From: Cyanophora paradoxa CCMP329
Taxonomy: Eukaryota > Plantae > Glaucophyta
Direction: 5' to 3'
NCBI GenBank assembly: GCA_004431415.1
Contig: QPMI01000473.1
Span: forward strand, 62,001-126,000
Length of the DNA: 64,000 nucleotides
A program made the position numbers and the translations under genes. Below are positions 24,722 to 37,810 of this stretch, piece after piece (the first letter of the stretch is position 1; each line of letters starts with the position of its first letter). The notes under the pieces are model-generated. The model worked only from the letters and a program-made list of their open reading frames with translations, did no database searches and was not told where the DNA came from.

Positions 24722-27700
24722 ATGGCGGCCTGCTGGCATGGCGGCCCCGGCGCCAAATTTGATGGCCCCTGCGCCTCGGCGGTTGTGAACCACCTGCAGC
24801 GTCCGCCCTGCGCAGCGTCCTTCTGCAGTGTCGCTCCAGAGTTGCTGGAGCGGATCATGGACGGCTCAGTGTCAGCAGGTATCGCCGCCGATGTCGATCG
24901 CTGCATCCTCTGGGAGAACGGCAAGGACCACGGTGCGCGCTTGCACTTCGCGCGGTGGCAGTGCACGGGCGCTCACGCGGCCTCGCAGCGCTCGGCCTCG
25001 TGACATCGACCGCGCTCCGCCTGAGCATCGTCGACCCCATTTCTCACCGGCGCATTCGGGAGCCGGCGCGCACGCGAGCCTGCCGGCACGCGGCAGTGCG
25101 CTCGCCTCTGCTTCGCTTCTGCTGAATCACAGGCTGACAGCTCGGTCTTCAGTGCTTCGACCTGCAGGTGTACCTCGAGACAAGCGCGAAGTCTGGAAGA
25201 TGGTGCGCTGGGCGCAGAGCGCTGTGGCGCTCCTTTCACCGTGCGGCCGCGCAGGACATGCCCCGTGCCGGGCTGCAGGACGAGCGCGAGGATCGAGGAG
25301 CTCGTGGTAGACGAGTACTTCAGATCGATTCTGGACCGGGTCCGCCCCCGCTCGGCCCGCCCGCCCGCGCGCCCCCGCGCCGCTCAGCCGCCGGCGCGCA
25401 GTGCGAGGAGGACACGGTCGCGGTGGATCTGCTCCCCGACGGTCGCTGCCGGAAAGTGAGGGACGAGGCGAACCCCGCGCCCGCCCGGGCCCCCCGCGAC
25501 GTCATCGCGCTCGACGAGAGCGACGACGAGGGAGCTGTCCAGCGCGGGGCCTCAGAGACGGCGCCGGCTGGCCGTGCCTCGGCGGCTGCCGCCGGCCCCG
25601 AACCCTCCGCCACGCCGCCGGCACCCGCGCCGTCCCCTCCGGCGGCCAAGCGGCCCCGCACGGAAGCGGCCCGCGCGGGGGGCGCCGCGCAGCCCGCCCC
25701 GTCGGCCGCACCCGTCTCGAAGGAGCCGGCAACCGCGGGCTCTGTGGCACCCTGGTGGCACGGCGCGGCGGCCGCCGATTTCGTCGTGGGCGGCGGCGCC
25801 TCTCGGCCGCTCCCCCGGGCCGCGAGCTCGCCGCCGCGCGCCGCCCCCTTTTGGGCAGCGACGGCGGCCCCCTCCGTTCCCCCTGCCAGCGCCTCGCGAT
25901 CGAGCCCGCAGCTTCCCGCCCCTCGGAGCTTCGCGCCGCCGCCCGCTCCGCCCGGACAGTTCGGCTTCTGGTGGAACACCGCGGCCTCCTCCTTCTCGGG
26001 GCAGGCGGTGCTCTGGGGGAATTCGAACACCGCCGCCTCCTTTTCCTCGGAGCGGGCGGCGCCGAGGGCCCCGCCGCCGGCGCCCTCGGCCCCTCTCCTG
26101 CGCGGGGCGGCGCTGCGCCAGAGCAGAATCTCCAGCATCAAGGAAGTGCCCGATGCGAAGGGGCAGGTCCGGTACAAGTACCAGTGCGAGCACTGCCAGA
26201 CGTGGCTCTTCGCGAGGTGCCCCGGGGCCCTCCCCTCCCCTCCCCGGCCCCTCTCGCGCTCCCCTGACGAGGCTCGGCCCCCTCCGCAGCGGCTGGGGCC
26301 AGCACATTAAGTTCTGCGCCTCTCGAGTGCGCCCGGCCCCGCCCCCCGCGCCCCGCCGGCCACTCTGCTCTGACAACCCCCGCAGCGGAATAAGAAGGAC
26401 CCGGGTGCGGCCGAGCGCCCCGCCCCGCGGCCCTCCCCCTTTCCCCGGCCCGCCCCGCTGCTGACCTCCTCCCCCGCCTCTTCGCTCCAGAGGGGGTCCC
26501 GACGCGTGCCCCCCAGCCTCCGGCCCCCGCCCCGCGCGCTCGCATCTACCCCCCTTCTGGCCGGCCAGTCCCCAAAATTGCTCCGAGGGTGCCGGTTCCC
26601 GCCGCGCCCTGGGGACCCCCCGCCGCGGAAGGGAGCGGCGGGGGCGCGCCTCCGCGCCTCCCCCCCGCCGCCAGCTCGTCCCCACTCGTCTCCGCCGGCT
26701 CTCGTACATCCTCTCAACCTCAACACCTCAGTCGCCCCTCGCCCCTTTCGCCCGCACCGGCAGCTGGACCTGGCGCCCCTCCACCTGCCTTCCCCACCGC
26801 CAACCGCCCCGTCTTCGCCACCGATTCCCCGACCTGCGCCGCCCTTCTCCCGGCGCCCACGTCGGTGCTCGCCAGCACCGCGGGCGTAGGCACACCTCCA
26901 CAGCGCGCCCAGCGTACCCCTCCGATGGCGGAATCCTCCACGGCGCGCCCGGCGTACCCCTCGGAGGATTTCCTGCCGCCCGCCCCGAAGGGCCCTTCGG
27001 GTACCCCCCTAGCCGATTCGCTGTGCCCCGCCCCGGCCCAGCCCCCGAAGGCCCCAGCCTCCGTCGGGGCGCCGCCCTCTTTGCCCTCTTTGCCTTCGGC
27101 CTCCGCCCGGCCATCTTCCCCGGCCCCTTGCCCCTCTTCTTCCTCGGCGGCGGCCCAGAAGCCCCCCGGCCTCTCCGCCGCCGCCGCCATCATGCAGGTC
27201 CAGCTCCCGCCCGCGCCAGCCCCCCCGGGCCCCCGCGCGGCCGCGCTCCCGGTCTTCGACCGTCTGGTGCCGCCCCTCGCGGCGCCGGGCGACACGGCCG
27301 TCGTGCGCATGCCCCAGCAGCAGCAGCAGCCGCCGCCGCCGCCGCCGCCGCCGCCGCAGCCGCAGCCTCAACCGCAGCCGCCGAGGGCGAAGCAGGCGCC
27401 GTCCGAGCCTGGCAGGCCCAAGCGCGCGTGGGAGCCAGACGACGGGGACGCCCCCGCGCCCTCCGAGCTGGCGCCGCGCGTACCCCTCGACGCCCTCCTG
27501 GGGCTCGTAGCCCCCGAGGGGCCCCAGGAGGCCGCCCGGGGGGCCCTCGGAGCCTCGGTCGCCCTCCGCTCTTTGGGCCGTCCGTCCCCGCCCGCCCCGT
27601 CCTCCGCAGGCACTCCCCCGCCTCCCCAGCGCCCCGCCGGCCCCGTTCAAGCCCTCGGTCCTCCAGCGCCGGACCCCGCTGCAAGCCGGCGCGACCGGCC

Positions 27701-28647
27701 GCCCGATTCCGCCAGCCGCGAGGAGGCGGGCGACCGCGGGCCCTACTGCGACGGCGGCGCCGGCACGCGCCCGACGCGGCTGCACCGTGCGCCCGCCGCC
27801 GGCCGCCGGCAGCGTCCCAGCGGCCCTGACGCCGCGCAGCGCACGGCGGGCGCGCGCTGACCGTCCCGGACTCGATGGAGCTCCCCCCGTCGGCCTGCCG
27901 GACGCTCACAGTACCCCGCACGACCAAGCAGGACCTTGACACGGATTTGGGGTACCCCGAGGGGCACCTCTTCGAGAGCCGCAGCGTGCGCGGGGCTCCG
28001 CTGCCGGCTTCCCTCGCCCCGCCGACGCCGCGCAGGCGCTGAGCTCCTCCGGGGTGCACCGGCACGGCCGGATCTGCGGCTGGGGCGAGGAGGGCGCAGC
28101 CTCCATCCTCGTCAACGGGGAGTACGAGGACGTCGATGAGGCGCGCCATACCCCCCCCCCTCGGCCCCCCCCCCCCCCCCCCCCTTCCCGTTCGAACGTC
28201 AGGCAGGAGGACCGCATCGTGTGCACGGGCCACGGGCAAGTCTTCGCCGGCGGTGCGCACCCCGTACCCCGGATCCGCTTCGTGGCTCGGCGTCTCCTGA
28301 AAGGGGTGCAGCGAACATGACTCTGACCGCGTCGTGGCTGATGGGGATGCCGCTGCGCGTTGTCCGCGGGCCGCGGAGCTCCGCCCCCGACCGCCCCAAG
28401 GCCGGCGTCCACAAGTTCGTCGGCATGTTCCGCGTGGTGCGCCCCTGCGCCGGCTCCCCACTGCGCCCCTCGAGCTCCCCCGGGCCCCGACGCGCAGGCG
28501 AGTGCGTGGACGGAGCGGGACGGGGAGGGCCACCCCCGCTTCAAGTTCGAGCTCCGCAAGGTCCCCCGCGAGGCCGGCGGGGGGGAGGGGGCCCCGGAGG
28601 GGGCAGCCGCGGGGCAGGGAGACGCCGCTTCTAATCAACTATTGTGA
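24722..28647 (+). CDS. SP-RING (zf-MIZ) + zinc finger + SRA(YDG)-like domain protein
   Basis: SP-RING: SIVDPISHRRIREPARTRACRHAACFDLQVYL..W.CPVPGC..IEELVVDEYFRSIL..DG. SRA: GHLFESR..SGVH..AASILVNGEYED..TGHG..ANMTL..GMPLRVVRG..KFVGMFRV..FKFELRK. Confidence 0.75.
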
Positions 28648-29358
28648 TTATAATAAGAACCCGCACGTTTATACGGCCGCAGCATGCACACTAGCTCGCG
28701 CGCGCGCGCGCGGGGATCCGGAGCGGCGCCGGCGCCGCGGCCGGCGCCGGGCGCGCGCCGGCGCGCGCCGAGTACTAGTGTGGAGATTGAGACCCCGGCA
28801 TCCAGGCCCGGAACTTCGGAAATCTCGTACTGGCAGGCCAGGCGCATGCAGGCATCACCCCCGATATATCGATCGCGAGGGAGCTCGAAGGGTCTAGAGC
28901 GCTAGCTCGCGCACACAACTTGCACCCGCCGCCGTACGCGCGCGCGTTAAATTATAAAGTTAGGAGCTCACTGCTTGACGGCGGAGCTTGCGCTTGACGG
29001 CGGAGCGCTAGCTTCCGCTGCATATATGCATGGGCCGCGGCCGCGGCCGATGCCGGCGCCGGCGCCGGCGCGGCCCCGCGGCCGAGCATATGCATGCGCA
29101 TGCGATTGCAACTGCAATTTGCAATGGCCGGCGACCAAGTGTTCGTCCGCGCCGGTACCCCCCAGAACAAGCAGGACCTGAGCACGTCGCTGCTCCCACT
29201 GCCTCCCAGCTCCCCGCGAGCCCGTCTGGGCCTTTCGAGCAGATCAGGATATCCGATCAGCCCGCTTTCAGGCCGTCTGGCCTAGCTCAATCAGCAGCGC
29301 GAGGAGGAAACTCCGAAGGCGCACTCTAGGAGCTCGAATTCACAGAAACGATAGTTCG

Positions 29359-31642
29359 ATGGAAGAAGGCGGTAGTAGCAGCGCCGCCGAGGCGAGGGCG
29401 ATGCCAGTCGAGCTCAGCGTCGAGGCGAAGGCGACACCGGAGCTCAGCGTGGAGGCCAAGGCGACTATTCAGTCGCTTGTCCACGGCGTCGCTCGCTACG
29501 TTGTTCGGCTCTTTCTCCTGATGGGGGATCGCAAGCTTACGTTGACCAGCCCACAGATCGCTGAAGTTCGTCGTGGTCCCTTCAATAGCAATCTCGCACG
29601 ATGCACCCTCACTCCGCCTCGCAGAGGCTCCCGCGATGGGGGTTGACTTCGGCGAAGAACATCGGCGTGCCTGTATCGCGCGTCATCGCAAACTTTGCGA
29701 AGAACCCTGAGTTGTGCCCGTTTGTCAAGGAAGAGGTGCGCCCCCAGCTTGGGAACGTTGAGAAAAGCACTCGAAACGCGCGCTTGTTCATGTGCATGTG
29801 CTCCGTTGAGTCTTCTGCTAGCTTTGCTGCAGCTCGCCGGCAGCTCCTCCGCCATCCCGCGCCCCGCTCCATCCCGCTCCGCCTATCCCTGGGTTCTTGC
29901 AGCGCTCACGCGTCGTCTCCGGCCTACATGCAGTTCTAGCTCTAGCGATTATCTTTCTACCGAGCTAGCGCCCCGTTTCAGGCTCTTGCAGCCCTAACGT
30001 ATTCCGACGCAGAAGCGGGAACCAGAGTCTATGGGCTGAAGGAGTGGGCATACGATCACTTCGCGCCGAGTTAGTCTATGGGCTGAAGGAGTGGGCATAC
30101 GATCACTTCGCGCCGAAGGACTTCGCAGTGCGTCGGCCCGCCTGGCCGGCTGCGGTCGACTGCGCCGCCCGCGCGTCGCGCGATTGCTGAAGCCGGCGCC
30201 ACGGGCAGGTCAGCAACGCGCCTTCCGCGGCGGAGGCGGAGGAGGAGGAGGAGGAGCATCCGGCGGATGGGGGGGCGCCCTCTAGCTCCCCCCGGGTCCC
30301 CATCCGGGCGCGCGGGCGGCCCCGGGGGCGGCCCCGGGGGCGGCCCCCGTCGGGCCCCGCGGCGGCGCTCCGGGGCGGCGGGGAGCGGCCGCCGCGGGCC
30401 TCGTGGACGGACGGGGATGATGAGCGGCTCGCGGCCGTCGTCCGTGAGCACAGTATCAACGTCCCGGGTACCCCCCCCCCCCAGCACCCCCGGTTCCCTA
30501 CCCTCGCCGACCGCCTCGCAGGCGGCAGGTTCTCGACTTTGATCGAGTACATCGTACAGAACAGCGGGCCGGTCCGCGCCGGCTGCTCTGCGCTCGCGTA
30601 CCCCGGCTGATGCCGGGAGGGGGTACAGGGCCAGATCCCCGAGGGCCGGAGCGGGGCGGAGCTGCTGGAGAGGCTGCGGCTCGGGACGCACCCGTCGATC
30701 CGCGCCGTGCGGGAGGAGCTGCGGCGGCGCTGGGGGCAGAGCGTCTCCGCGGTCCGCCTCGCCGGCGCCTTCCCCCTCGGCGCCCAACCCCCGCGCCTCA
30801 CGGCCGGCCGCCTGCGCAGTTCGAGAACGGCGGGGGCAGCGGGGGCTCGGGCGCCGCGTCCGGGAAGCGGGGCCGGGGCGAGGGGCCGAGCCGGGCGGCG
30901 GCGGCGCGGAGCGACGGGAGCGGGGAGGAGGAGTTCCTTCCTAACCCGCCGGCGGCCCCGCCGCGGCAGCGGCGCCCGTGCGCCGCGGCCCGGGCGGCCC
31001 CGCAAGCAGCCCCTACCCCCGGCTCGGGCCCCTTCCCCGCCTTCGCGCCCGCCAAGTTTTCGCACCCCGCCCTCCCGTGCGCCCGCCCGCCCCCGCCCCC
31101 GCTCCGCCCGGCCTCCCTCTGGCCGCGTTCCAACGCCCGCGACGCCGCAGGGCTCCCCGCTTCCCGCGCCCGGCGACGGCGCGCCCGGCCCCTCCCGCGG
31201 GACGCCCCCTTCAAGCGGCCCCGGTGCGCCCGGCCGCCGCGCCCCGCCCCCGCCCCCGCCCCGCCCCGCCGCCGCTGACCCCGCCCGGCGGCAGCGGGCG
31301 GCCGCGGAAGAACGCTCTGCCGGAAGCGCCCCTCGCCTCCCCCGCGCGCCCGCAGAAGCCGGCCGAGGGGCCGCCCCCCATCCGCCTCGCCCTGCCCCGA
31401 ACACCCGCACGGTGCCCCGCCCCGCCCCGCCCGCGCCGCGCCGCCCCGCCCCGCCCCCGCCGGGCGCCGAGGGGCGGGGCGCGGGGCAGGTGTACACGCT
31501 GCTGGGGCAGCGGGGGGTGACGGTCTCGTTCGACCGGGAGCCGCCGCCGCCGCACTCGTACGTGGCGGTGCACGTACCCCCCGGCAAGGCCTTCCTCGCC
31601 GTCCGCGCCACCCCCGCCGGCATCGACCAGGACTTCGAGTAG
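29359..31642 (+). CDS. HARE-HTH-like winged-helix protein
   Basis: RKLTLTSPQIAE|RLPRWGLTSAKNIGVPVSRVIANF..PFVK..RVYGLKEW resembles HARE-HTH/RNAP delta wHTH; low-complexity middle; stop at 31640-31642. Confidence 0.5.
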
Positions 31643-32878
31643 CCCCCCGCCCGCGCGGGGCGCCCCGCCGGCCCGCCCGGCATGCGCAAGGCGCCCGCAG
31701 CAGCGCGTGGACCAGCACTGACATCGCTCGTGGCCCCGAGCGATTTCACCGAGTCAACACGCTTTACCCGCCCAAGCCTGTCCTGTGGGCTCCTGCCTGC
31801 ATGTAGGCCACCCAAACCAATATTGATATTCGATGATGTATATTGCACGCGCACACTCTGCGCGTGCTTACCAAGCTGCATCGACGCATGCTTTTTTAAG
31901 CGATCTCAGAGCTCGAGTCTTACAAGTTAGAGGAGCGAGCTTTGAAATTAAAGAGCAGGCGCCCGGCCCCGGCCCCCGAGCCAAAGCCTTCCTATCAATA
32001 TCTTTAGGACATATATACGTTATATTACAAGATCTAGAGGAGGACTCATTAATTTGGGAGGACCGACTTTAAATTTTTTTCAAGCGATCGCCGGTTATAT
32101 CCCCGGCCGGAAGACTCTTGCAGTCTGGCCATGGAGATGATGCACGCGCAGATGACTCGAGATGAGTCTGAGATGACGTTGAGTACTGTCGCTAATTAGT
32201 GCGACAGTACTAGTACCTCGTCTTGTCCCTATGGCGCAGTCGACATCTTCCTCTTTTTAATTTCGCACTCCAAAGTCTCCAATAAGACGTACTTGCAAAT
32301 AGTCTTGTTCTATTTCTGGCATGTAAACATGCATTTGACGTCTTTACATTTGAATAGCCAGGTACCGGTACGTATACTGAATCCGGATCCGCACATTGAA
32401 AGATGCCTTTGGAGCGCGGCCTGCAGTGCTGCCAAGCGCTAGCTGGCCACGTGCACGAAGCCAGCTGCAAGTTCCTGCAACTGCATGTGCGGCCCGCGGG
32501 GGAGTTGGGCAGTTCGCGGGCTGCGCCGCGAGACGCCGTGACGGGCGCCCCGCGCTTGCAAGTTGCAATTGCAAAATTAAAATTGCGATTGGCATCTTCT
32601 TGAGTCAGAGATCAGCTACGTATACGCTTGGCAAGCGGTATACGTACCGGAACCTGCCCCCAGCCTGCCCCAAAACTGAATTAAAGCGGTCGACGTCGAG
32701 CCCCGCGGCCGGGGGGGCGCGAGCTGGCCAGCGAGTTCGAAGGCAAATGATCATGAAGTCCTGAATACACCACCACATACTATACTAATAATAACGCGGC
32801 GCGGGCGCCCCTCTTCGACGCGGCGCGCGGCGCGCGGCGGGCCGGAGGGGAGCCGGCTCAGGCCCAGCCGCAGCCGCC

Positions 32879-35800
32879 CTACTCGAGGACGCGGACGCCG
32901 AGGAGGGCGAGGGCGGAGCCCGGGTTGGTGTCGAGGAAGCGGAGGAAGTCGGCGCGGGGCACGGCGAACGCCGTGCACGCGTCGTCCAGCGCCTCCAGGA
33001 GGACGCGCGACTCGGAGCCCTGGAGCATGGCGTCCACGTCGCAGATAAAGGCCCCCGTGCTCACCACCCGGCCCCGCCACTCCTCCTCCTCCTCCATCGT
33101 CGACGCCGTCAGGTCGATCGAGCGGCGCCGCTTCCCCGGCAGGTGCGGGGTCAGGCTGTCCGCGTAGAACGGGCTCTCCCGCCGCCGCCGCAGCCGCCCC
33201 GACGCCATCAGCGCCTCGCTCAGCGACGCCCCCGAGCCCGAGCCGGCCGCCGAGGGCGCCTCCGCCTCCGAGGTCGCCCCGGGGCCCGAGATGCTCAGCG
33301 AGGGCGCGCGCGGGCGCCCCTGCCCCTGCCCCTGCCCCTGCGCCGGAGGCGGCGTCGAGCCGTCCTCGTGGGCCTTCCCGCCGCCGCCGCCGCCGCCGCC
33401 GCTGCCGCTGCCGCCCGAGGTCGCCGACGAGGGCGGCGGCTCCGGCGGCGAGTTCTGGATGGGCTGGATCCGCGGCGACTGCGCGGGCGGCGTCGGGCCC
33501 TGCAAGCTCGGCGGGGCGCCGGGGCGGCGGGGCGGGCGGGCGGGGCGGCGGGGCGGACCGTGGAGAGCGGGGAGGCGCCGTTGAAGCCGCGCAGGACGTC
33601 GCGGTTGGAGAAGGAGCGGGGCACCTGCGCGGCCGCCCCGGGGCCCAGCGGCGCCGACGAGGGCGCCAGCGACGCCGCCGCGTGCGCCGCGTGCGCCGTC
33701 GAGACGCCCTCCGACGACGCGGCCGCCGCCAGAAGTGGGGCCGCGATGGAGTACGTCTGCCGAACGGGGAAGGGCCAGCTAAGCGCGAGGGGAGGGGGGT
33801 ACAGGTTCGGAGGGGGCGCGGGGATCGCGTACCCCCTCGAGGGAGTCGGCGCGGCCGAGGACGGAGCGCATGCAGAAGCGGCCCGACGCGATGAACAGCG
33901 CCTCGTTCGCCTCGTCCCTGCGCCCGCCCCTCGGCCCCCGCGAGGTGCCGAAGGGGCGCGGGGCGGGCAGGGGGCGGCACCCGTGGGCCCATATCTGCTG
34001 GCCGCGGCGGTAGGAGCGGCGGACCATCGCGCCCTGCAGCTGCACCTTCTGGGCTGACGTCAGCGCCCTGAACAGGCGGTTCGCCGAGAGGACCTGTCCC
34101 CGGGCCGCTCAGCACGAGGCGCAGAAGGCACAACGCGGGGTACAGAAAACAGCGGCGGCGCGCCTCCCAGGAGGGCGCGGAGCGCATCTCGGAGAGGTGG
34201 AGGAGCTTGGGGATGACGTCGGTGCCGCGGAGCATGCGGAGGAACTCGTAGCGGCCGAACTCGACGACCTCGACGTCCGTCACCGCCACCACGTCGGCGT
34301 CGCGCGGCCGCCCCAGGATCAGCGCCGTCTCCCCGAAGTAGCTGCCCCGCCTCAGAGAAAGGGCGGGAGGCGGGGGCGGCGGGGGGAGAGGGGCGGGGGG
34401 GCGGGGCGGGCGCACTCGCCGGTGCAGTAGGTCTTGGCGAGCTCGGGGGGCCAGTCGGGGGAGGAGACGCGGACCTCGCCCGCGTTGATGATCCAGAAGG
34501 CGTTCCCGGGGTCCCCCTTCCGCACGATCCGCTCCCCCGCCGCGAACCGAACCTGCAGCGGGTCTCGGCGGAGGAGAAAGGGGTTGGGCGGGGCGGGGCG
34601 GGGCTGGCGGGCCTTGCGGGCGGCCTGGACGATGTCGCGGGCGTGGCGGATGGAGAGCGAGTTGAAGACGTCCACCTTCGAGCAGAGGTCCAGAATCTGC
34701 CCGCGCCAGGCCCCGGCTCGGCACGGCGGGGCGGGGCGGGGCGGGGAAATAAGGGGCGGCTCGCCTCGACGGCCTCGGAGGAGGGCGGGACCTCGTCGAT
34801 CTGCAGCCGATTCAGAGGGACGGCAAAGGGCGGGGCGGGGCGGGCGGGCGGGCGGGGCGGGGCGGGGCGGGGCGGGGCGGGCCTGGATGACGATGGTGTT
34901 CTCGACGCCGACCTTGGCGACCTTGAGGCCATGCCCGGCGGGCACCTGCTTCTCCGTCGTGTGGCAGAGGTAGAGCCGCCGCTTGACGTCCTCGGGGAGC
35001 GGCACGAAGGTGGTGAAGGGGGTGTGGATCGGGGGCACGCCGGCCTCGTGGAGGACCACCGTGTGGTGCCAGGGAAAGTCGAGCAGCGCGTCCCGCCGCG
35101 CCCCCGTCATCACCCCTGCCCGCCTAAGCTCAGCTCCCCTCGGCTAGCTAAACTCAGGACGGCGGGGCGGGGCGGGGCGGGGCGGGCCCTTGGCGAAGGC
35201 GTCGCGGATGCGCTCGGGCTCGTTGCAGGTGTCGGCGGAGAAGACGACGGACTTGCCCCCGTAGAAGGCCTCGAATCCGACGCAGGGCACCGTGTGGAAG
35301 GAGTAGAAGAAGCGGAGCTCGCCGTTGTGGAAGAGCACGGGGTCCCCGATCCGCACCGGGTGGTACACGAAGAGCCGCCGCAGGAACTGCCGCACCCGTC
35401 AGAGGAAGAAGAGCAAGATAGATAGATGGACAGATAGATAGCGAGCTGACGTTCTCGTTGAGGCCGGAGAGGGCGGAGTACTTGCGGAGGAAGGAGGCCA
35501 TGACCGTCGGCGTCGCCATCACCGTGATCCGCGACTCCTCCAGGATCTGAGCGGGGTCAGCTGGGGGGACTGGCTGGCGGGGGAGGCGAGGCGGCCCCGG
35601 CCTCGCTCGCTCGCCTTCTGGAAGGCCCCGGAGTCGTGGTCGGCGTGGCAGCTGCCGCGGGGCGGGGCCGCGTCGGCGGGGGCCGAGGGGGGCGCCCTCA
35701 GCCCCGGCGGGCGCACTGGGAGATGAAGACGGCGTCGACGAGCTTGGGGGCGATGCCGGCGCGGCGCAGCAGCAGGGTCGAGTTCATGGGGGGGTCCACC

Positions 35801-37476
35801 ATGATGCCCCGCCCGTGCACCCACAGCAGGAAGCCCGTCGTCGAGCCGGCCGGGTCGAACCCGTGGCTGCTCCCCAGCATCGTCACCCCGAACGCCGGCG
35901 GCGAGAAGGGCCGCGCCCCGGGCCCCGCCGCCGCGCTCTCCCGCTCCTCCTTCGCCAGCTCGGGCGGGGGCGTCGGGAGCTCGACCTTGCCCGGGACCTG
36001 CGCGATCTCCTGCGGCGGCTTCCCCGGCGTGATCTCCGTCACTGCGCCCGGCGCCGCCCGCCCGGCGTCAGCGAGCGAGCGAGCCAGGCGGGAGAGAGCG
36101 CGCGGGGGGCGGGGCGGGCGCGCACGGACGAAGTAGTCCCACGCGTTCCTCTGCGGCGGTGGCGGCGGGGCGGGCGGGCGGGCAGACGAAGCTTGGTCAA
36201 CGCAGGCGGTGCGGGGCGGGGCGCAGGGGCGGGGCGCACGATCTCGAGGATGCCCGTCTCGTCGCTCCCGAGCCGCGCGATGCCCATCGCGTCGAACCTG
36301 CCGCCCCACCCCGTGAGCCCCGCCGGCCCCGGCGCGCGCCGGCGGGCGGGGGGGCGGGCGGGCGCACAGGACGAAGTTGAGCATGTCGAAGGAGGGCGTT
36401 GCCGCGGGGTTCGACGGGTCCTGCGCGAGGTACTCCCGCTCCTGCGGGGGCGAGGGGTACGGCGTCGGCGGCGCAGCGCCGGATGGGAAGGGGGGGGATG
36501 GGGAGAGGAGGGGGAGGGGGGGAGGGGGGCGGGCCTTCCAGAAGTCGAGGCGCTTCTCCTGGGGGTACGAGTCCGCAAAGTCCAGTGACATGTCCGCGTC
36601 CTCCTTCCGGGGGCCAAACATCTGCGGAGGGGGGGGGGGGGGGGGGAGTCGGCCCCAGGCGGAACACGGTACCCCGGGCCGCGCACGGTCTCCTGCATGA
36701 TGCGCCGGGCGCGCTCGCGGACTTCGGGCTGCAGGGCGCGACGACCGTTGGCTGGGGCTGTGGGGGGGCCGGGGCGGGCAGCACCGTCGTCACGAGCGTG
36801 ATGGAGCGCCCCTTTAGGAAGAAGTTGAAAGCCAGCGCTGCGCCGCGGCGCCGTCAGCGCACCGGAAAGCGCTTGCGGGACCAGCACTCGGCGCACGGAA
36901 GTCAAACCTGCCGCTGGGGCGTCAGCGCGCACGGGGGCGGGCGAGGGCGGCGGCGGGCGGGCGGGCGGGGCGCACTCGGCGACGTTGACGCCCGTCCGGC
37001 GGTCGAAGCGCTCGTTTGGGATCACGTAAATGAGGGGCACGGAATCCCATCCTCCCAGAGCGATAGAGTCCTGCGGGGAAGAGTTCGGAAGCCGCGAACG
37101 GCCGCTCCCGCCAGCAGCGTCGCACCTTGATAGTCTCGGGTGGCAGCCCGATCTGCACAGCCCCGACCACAGTGTCTACGATCACGCCGCCCCTGCACGT
37201 GAGCGAGGAGAACCCGGTGAGCGCAGCGTGGATGCCGAGCTGCCGAAGCGGCCGGTCGAGAGTCCGTGAGCTTATCCAAACTGGAGCCAACGGACAGCGA
37301 TCGAAAGACTCGAAACACGCGTACGACTAAAGATACTGAAAGCTTGTCTTGAGCATAAGCTCTAGCTTAGCTACGCACCGCGGAAGCTTCTTGACCTTGC
37401 TGGGGGTGCCCGAGACCGAGCCAGCGATGGTCGCGGAGAGAGGGCAGGCCACTCTGCACGCTGTGTCCGAAGACAT
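32879..37476 (-). CDS. cyclic-nucleotide phosphodiesterase, metallo-beta-lactamase fold + two cNMP-binding domains (Dictyostelium GbpA/GbpB = PdeD/PdeE type)
   Basis: QIGLPPETIK; GVTMLGSSHGFDP; GIMVDPP; SHCHADHDSG metal motif; HTVPCVGF; SADT; HEAGVPPIHTP; LYLCH; cNMP motif YFGETALILGRPRDADV; second degenerate cNMP domain. Confidence 0.92.
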
Positions 37477-37810
37477 GGCTTCTCGTGGTGCCGGCCGTTG
37501 ACCCGAGCTCGGGCCGGCCCCCGCAAATTCCCTCGGTGACGAGCCGCGAGCACGATCTGGCCGGCAGCAGGTTCTCTCGGTAACGGGCGGCGTATCACAC
37601 GGAGCAGCTCTATAGCTTTCAGACGAGCGACGTGGGGGTACGGCAACCACGATTTGGGTGTACCCCCTCGAGAACGGCCGTCGGCAGGCCTAGGCGGCCG
37701 CAGCGCCTGCACGTTCCAAAGCAGAACAGAGGCACTCGCATAGAGCTCGAAGTCCGGCCGCACCGTTTGAGCTACCGATATTCGAACTTGGCTACAGTGG
37801 CCGGGCAGAG

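Noticed and set aside
30026-30116. CRISPR-like direct repeat
   Set aside because: Only two copies, a 3-bp spacer, exonic, eukaryotic context, and no cas genes.
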